Of a stretch of 64,000 nt of DNA, positions 63,363 to 64,000 are shown piece by piece (within the stretch, counting starts at the first letter, position 1; each line of letters starts with the position of its first letter). Both the position numbers and the translations under genes were made by a program. This DNA comes from Yuukianura sp. NJ FZ-2021. Its lineage: Eukaryota. Where the stretch lies: contig CM102285.1 of NCBI GenBank assembly GCA_046563655.1, positions 1,054,001-1,118,000 on the forward strand. The letters are read 5' to 3'. Below the pieces are notes generated by a model. It had not been told where the DNA came from, ran no database searches, and saw nothing but the letters and a program-made list of their open reading frames with translations.

Positions 63363-63428
63363 ATCCGACGGCAACGTTTTTATCAGTGTTGATGGATGTC
63401 AACACTGATAAAAACGTTGCCGTCGGAT
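63363..63428. repeat. Perfect 30-bp inverted repeat with 6-nt loop
   Basis: ATCCGACGGCAACGTTTTTATCAGTGTTGA-TGGATG-TCAACACTGATAAAAACGTTGCCGTCGGAT. Confidence 0.95.
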
Positions 63429-64000
63429 GCATACGAACTTTCCAACTTTCAAATCCTGCTCACAATGGGTTGAAGCATGTCGCGACGATGTCCAGATTTG
63501 TTTTCAAACGTTTTGTTTTCAAACGTCAAACGTTTGTTTTATCGAGTGGGTATTGGCGGATAAGTGTGGTAGCAATTTTTAGTACTTTGCCAATGTTTTG
63601 CTGAGTATTTTCAACGGCAACTTTCCGCTTCTCAACCGCCCAAACAAATTCTACTGGTTGAGGTCACAGTTGTATGGAGTAAGCCTAACGACCTCATGTC
63701 CGTTGGCTCTAATTGAGTTATCCACGCCGTAGTGATTTTCTTTTGTTTTAGTTTTTTACCATATCCCACAGGACATCACGTCGAGTTTCTGTCAAAGTTC
63801 CGAGGTGACAAAAAAAGATGACTTTGACCTTTGACCCTTTTAGACGTCACTCAACGTCATCAAAATCGGATCCCCGCAGACCCATTCCGAGTCTGCTATC
63901 CGTTTCCGTAATGTAAATGGGGCATAGCCTAGACCTTTGACACCATTGTAGATAACTTGAGGTGAATCCAAAAACTAATTTTTAGTTATCTGGTCAGTAG

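Overview
AT-rich, gene-dense eukaryotic (animal) DNA with many short GT-AG introns. The gene set (ABCH-type transporter, group-7-allergen-like protein, Vang, PLC-gamma, WS/DGAT-like acyltransferase) points to an arthropod, possibly a springtail-like hexapod; this assignment is an inference. Ordinary genes: ABC transporter, group-7-allergen-like protein, PLC-gamma, F-box protein, multi-C2H2 zinc-finger protein, Fray/OSR1-like STE20 kinase, Van Gogh. Unusual content: (1) an intron-containing, bacterial-type EgtD (histidine N-alpha-methyltransferase family) gene; (2) a rearranged lipid/terpenoid block next to it, with two tandem FPPS-like genes lacking the chain-length 'floor' aromatics, a broken third copy, a DGAT2/MOGAT gene and a WS/DGAT gene; (3) a stand-alone acyltransferase-enoylreductase (AT-ER) PKS/FAS-like didomain gene; (4) an intact puromycin-sensitive-aminopeptidase homolog with its zinc site and catalytic Tyr substituted; (5) an ORF1-only polyadenylated LINE-like element; (6) a PARP-like pseudogene visible only after removing a Harbinger-type MITE; (7) many MITEs with readable TSDs. 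All family calls come from motif recognition by eye, and exon boundaries are manual.
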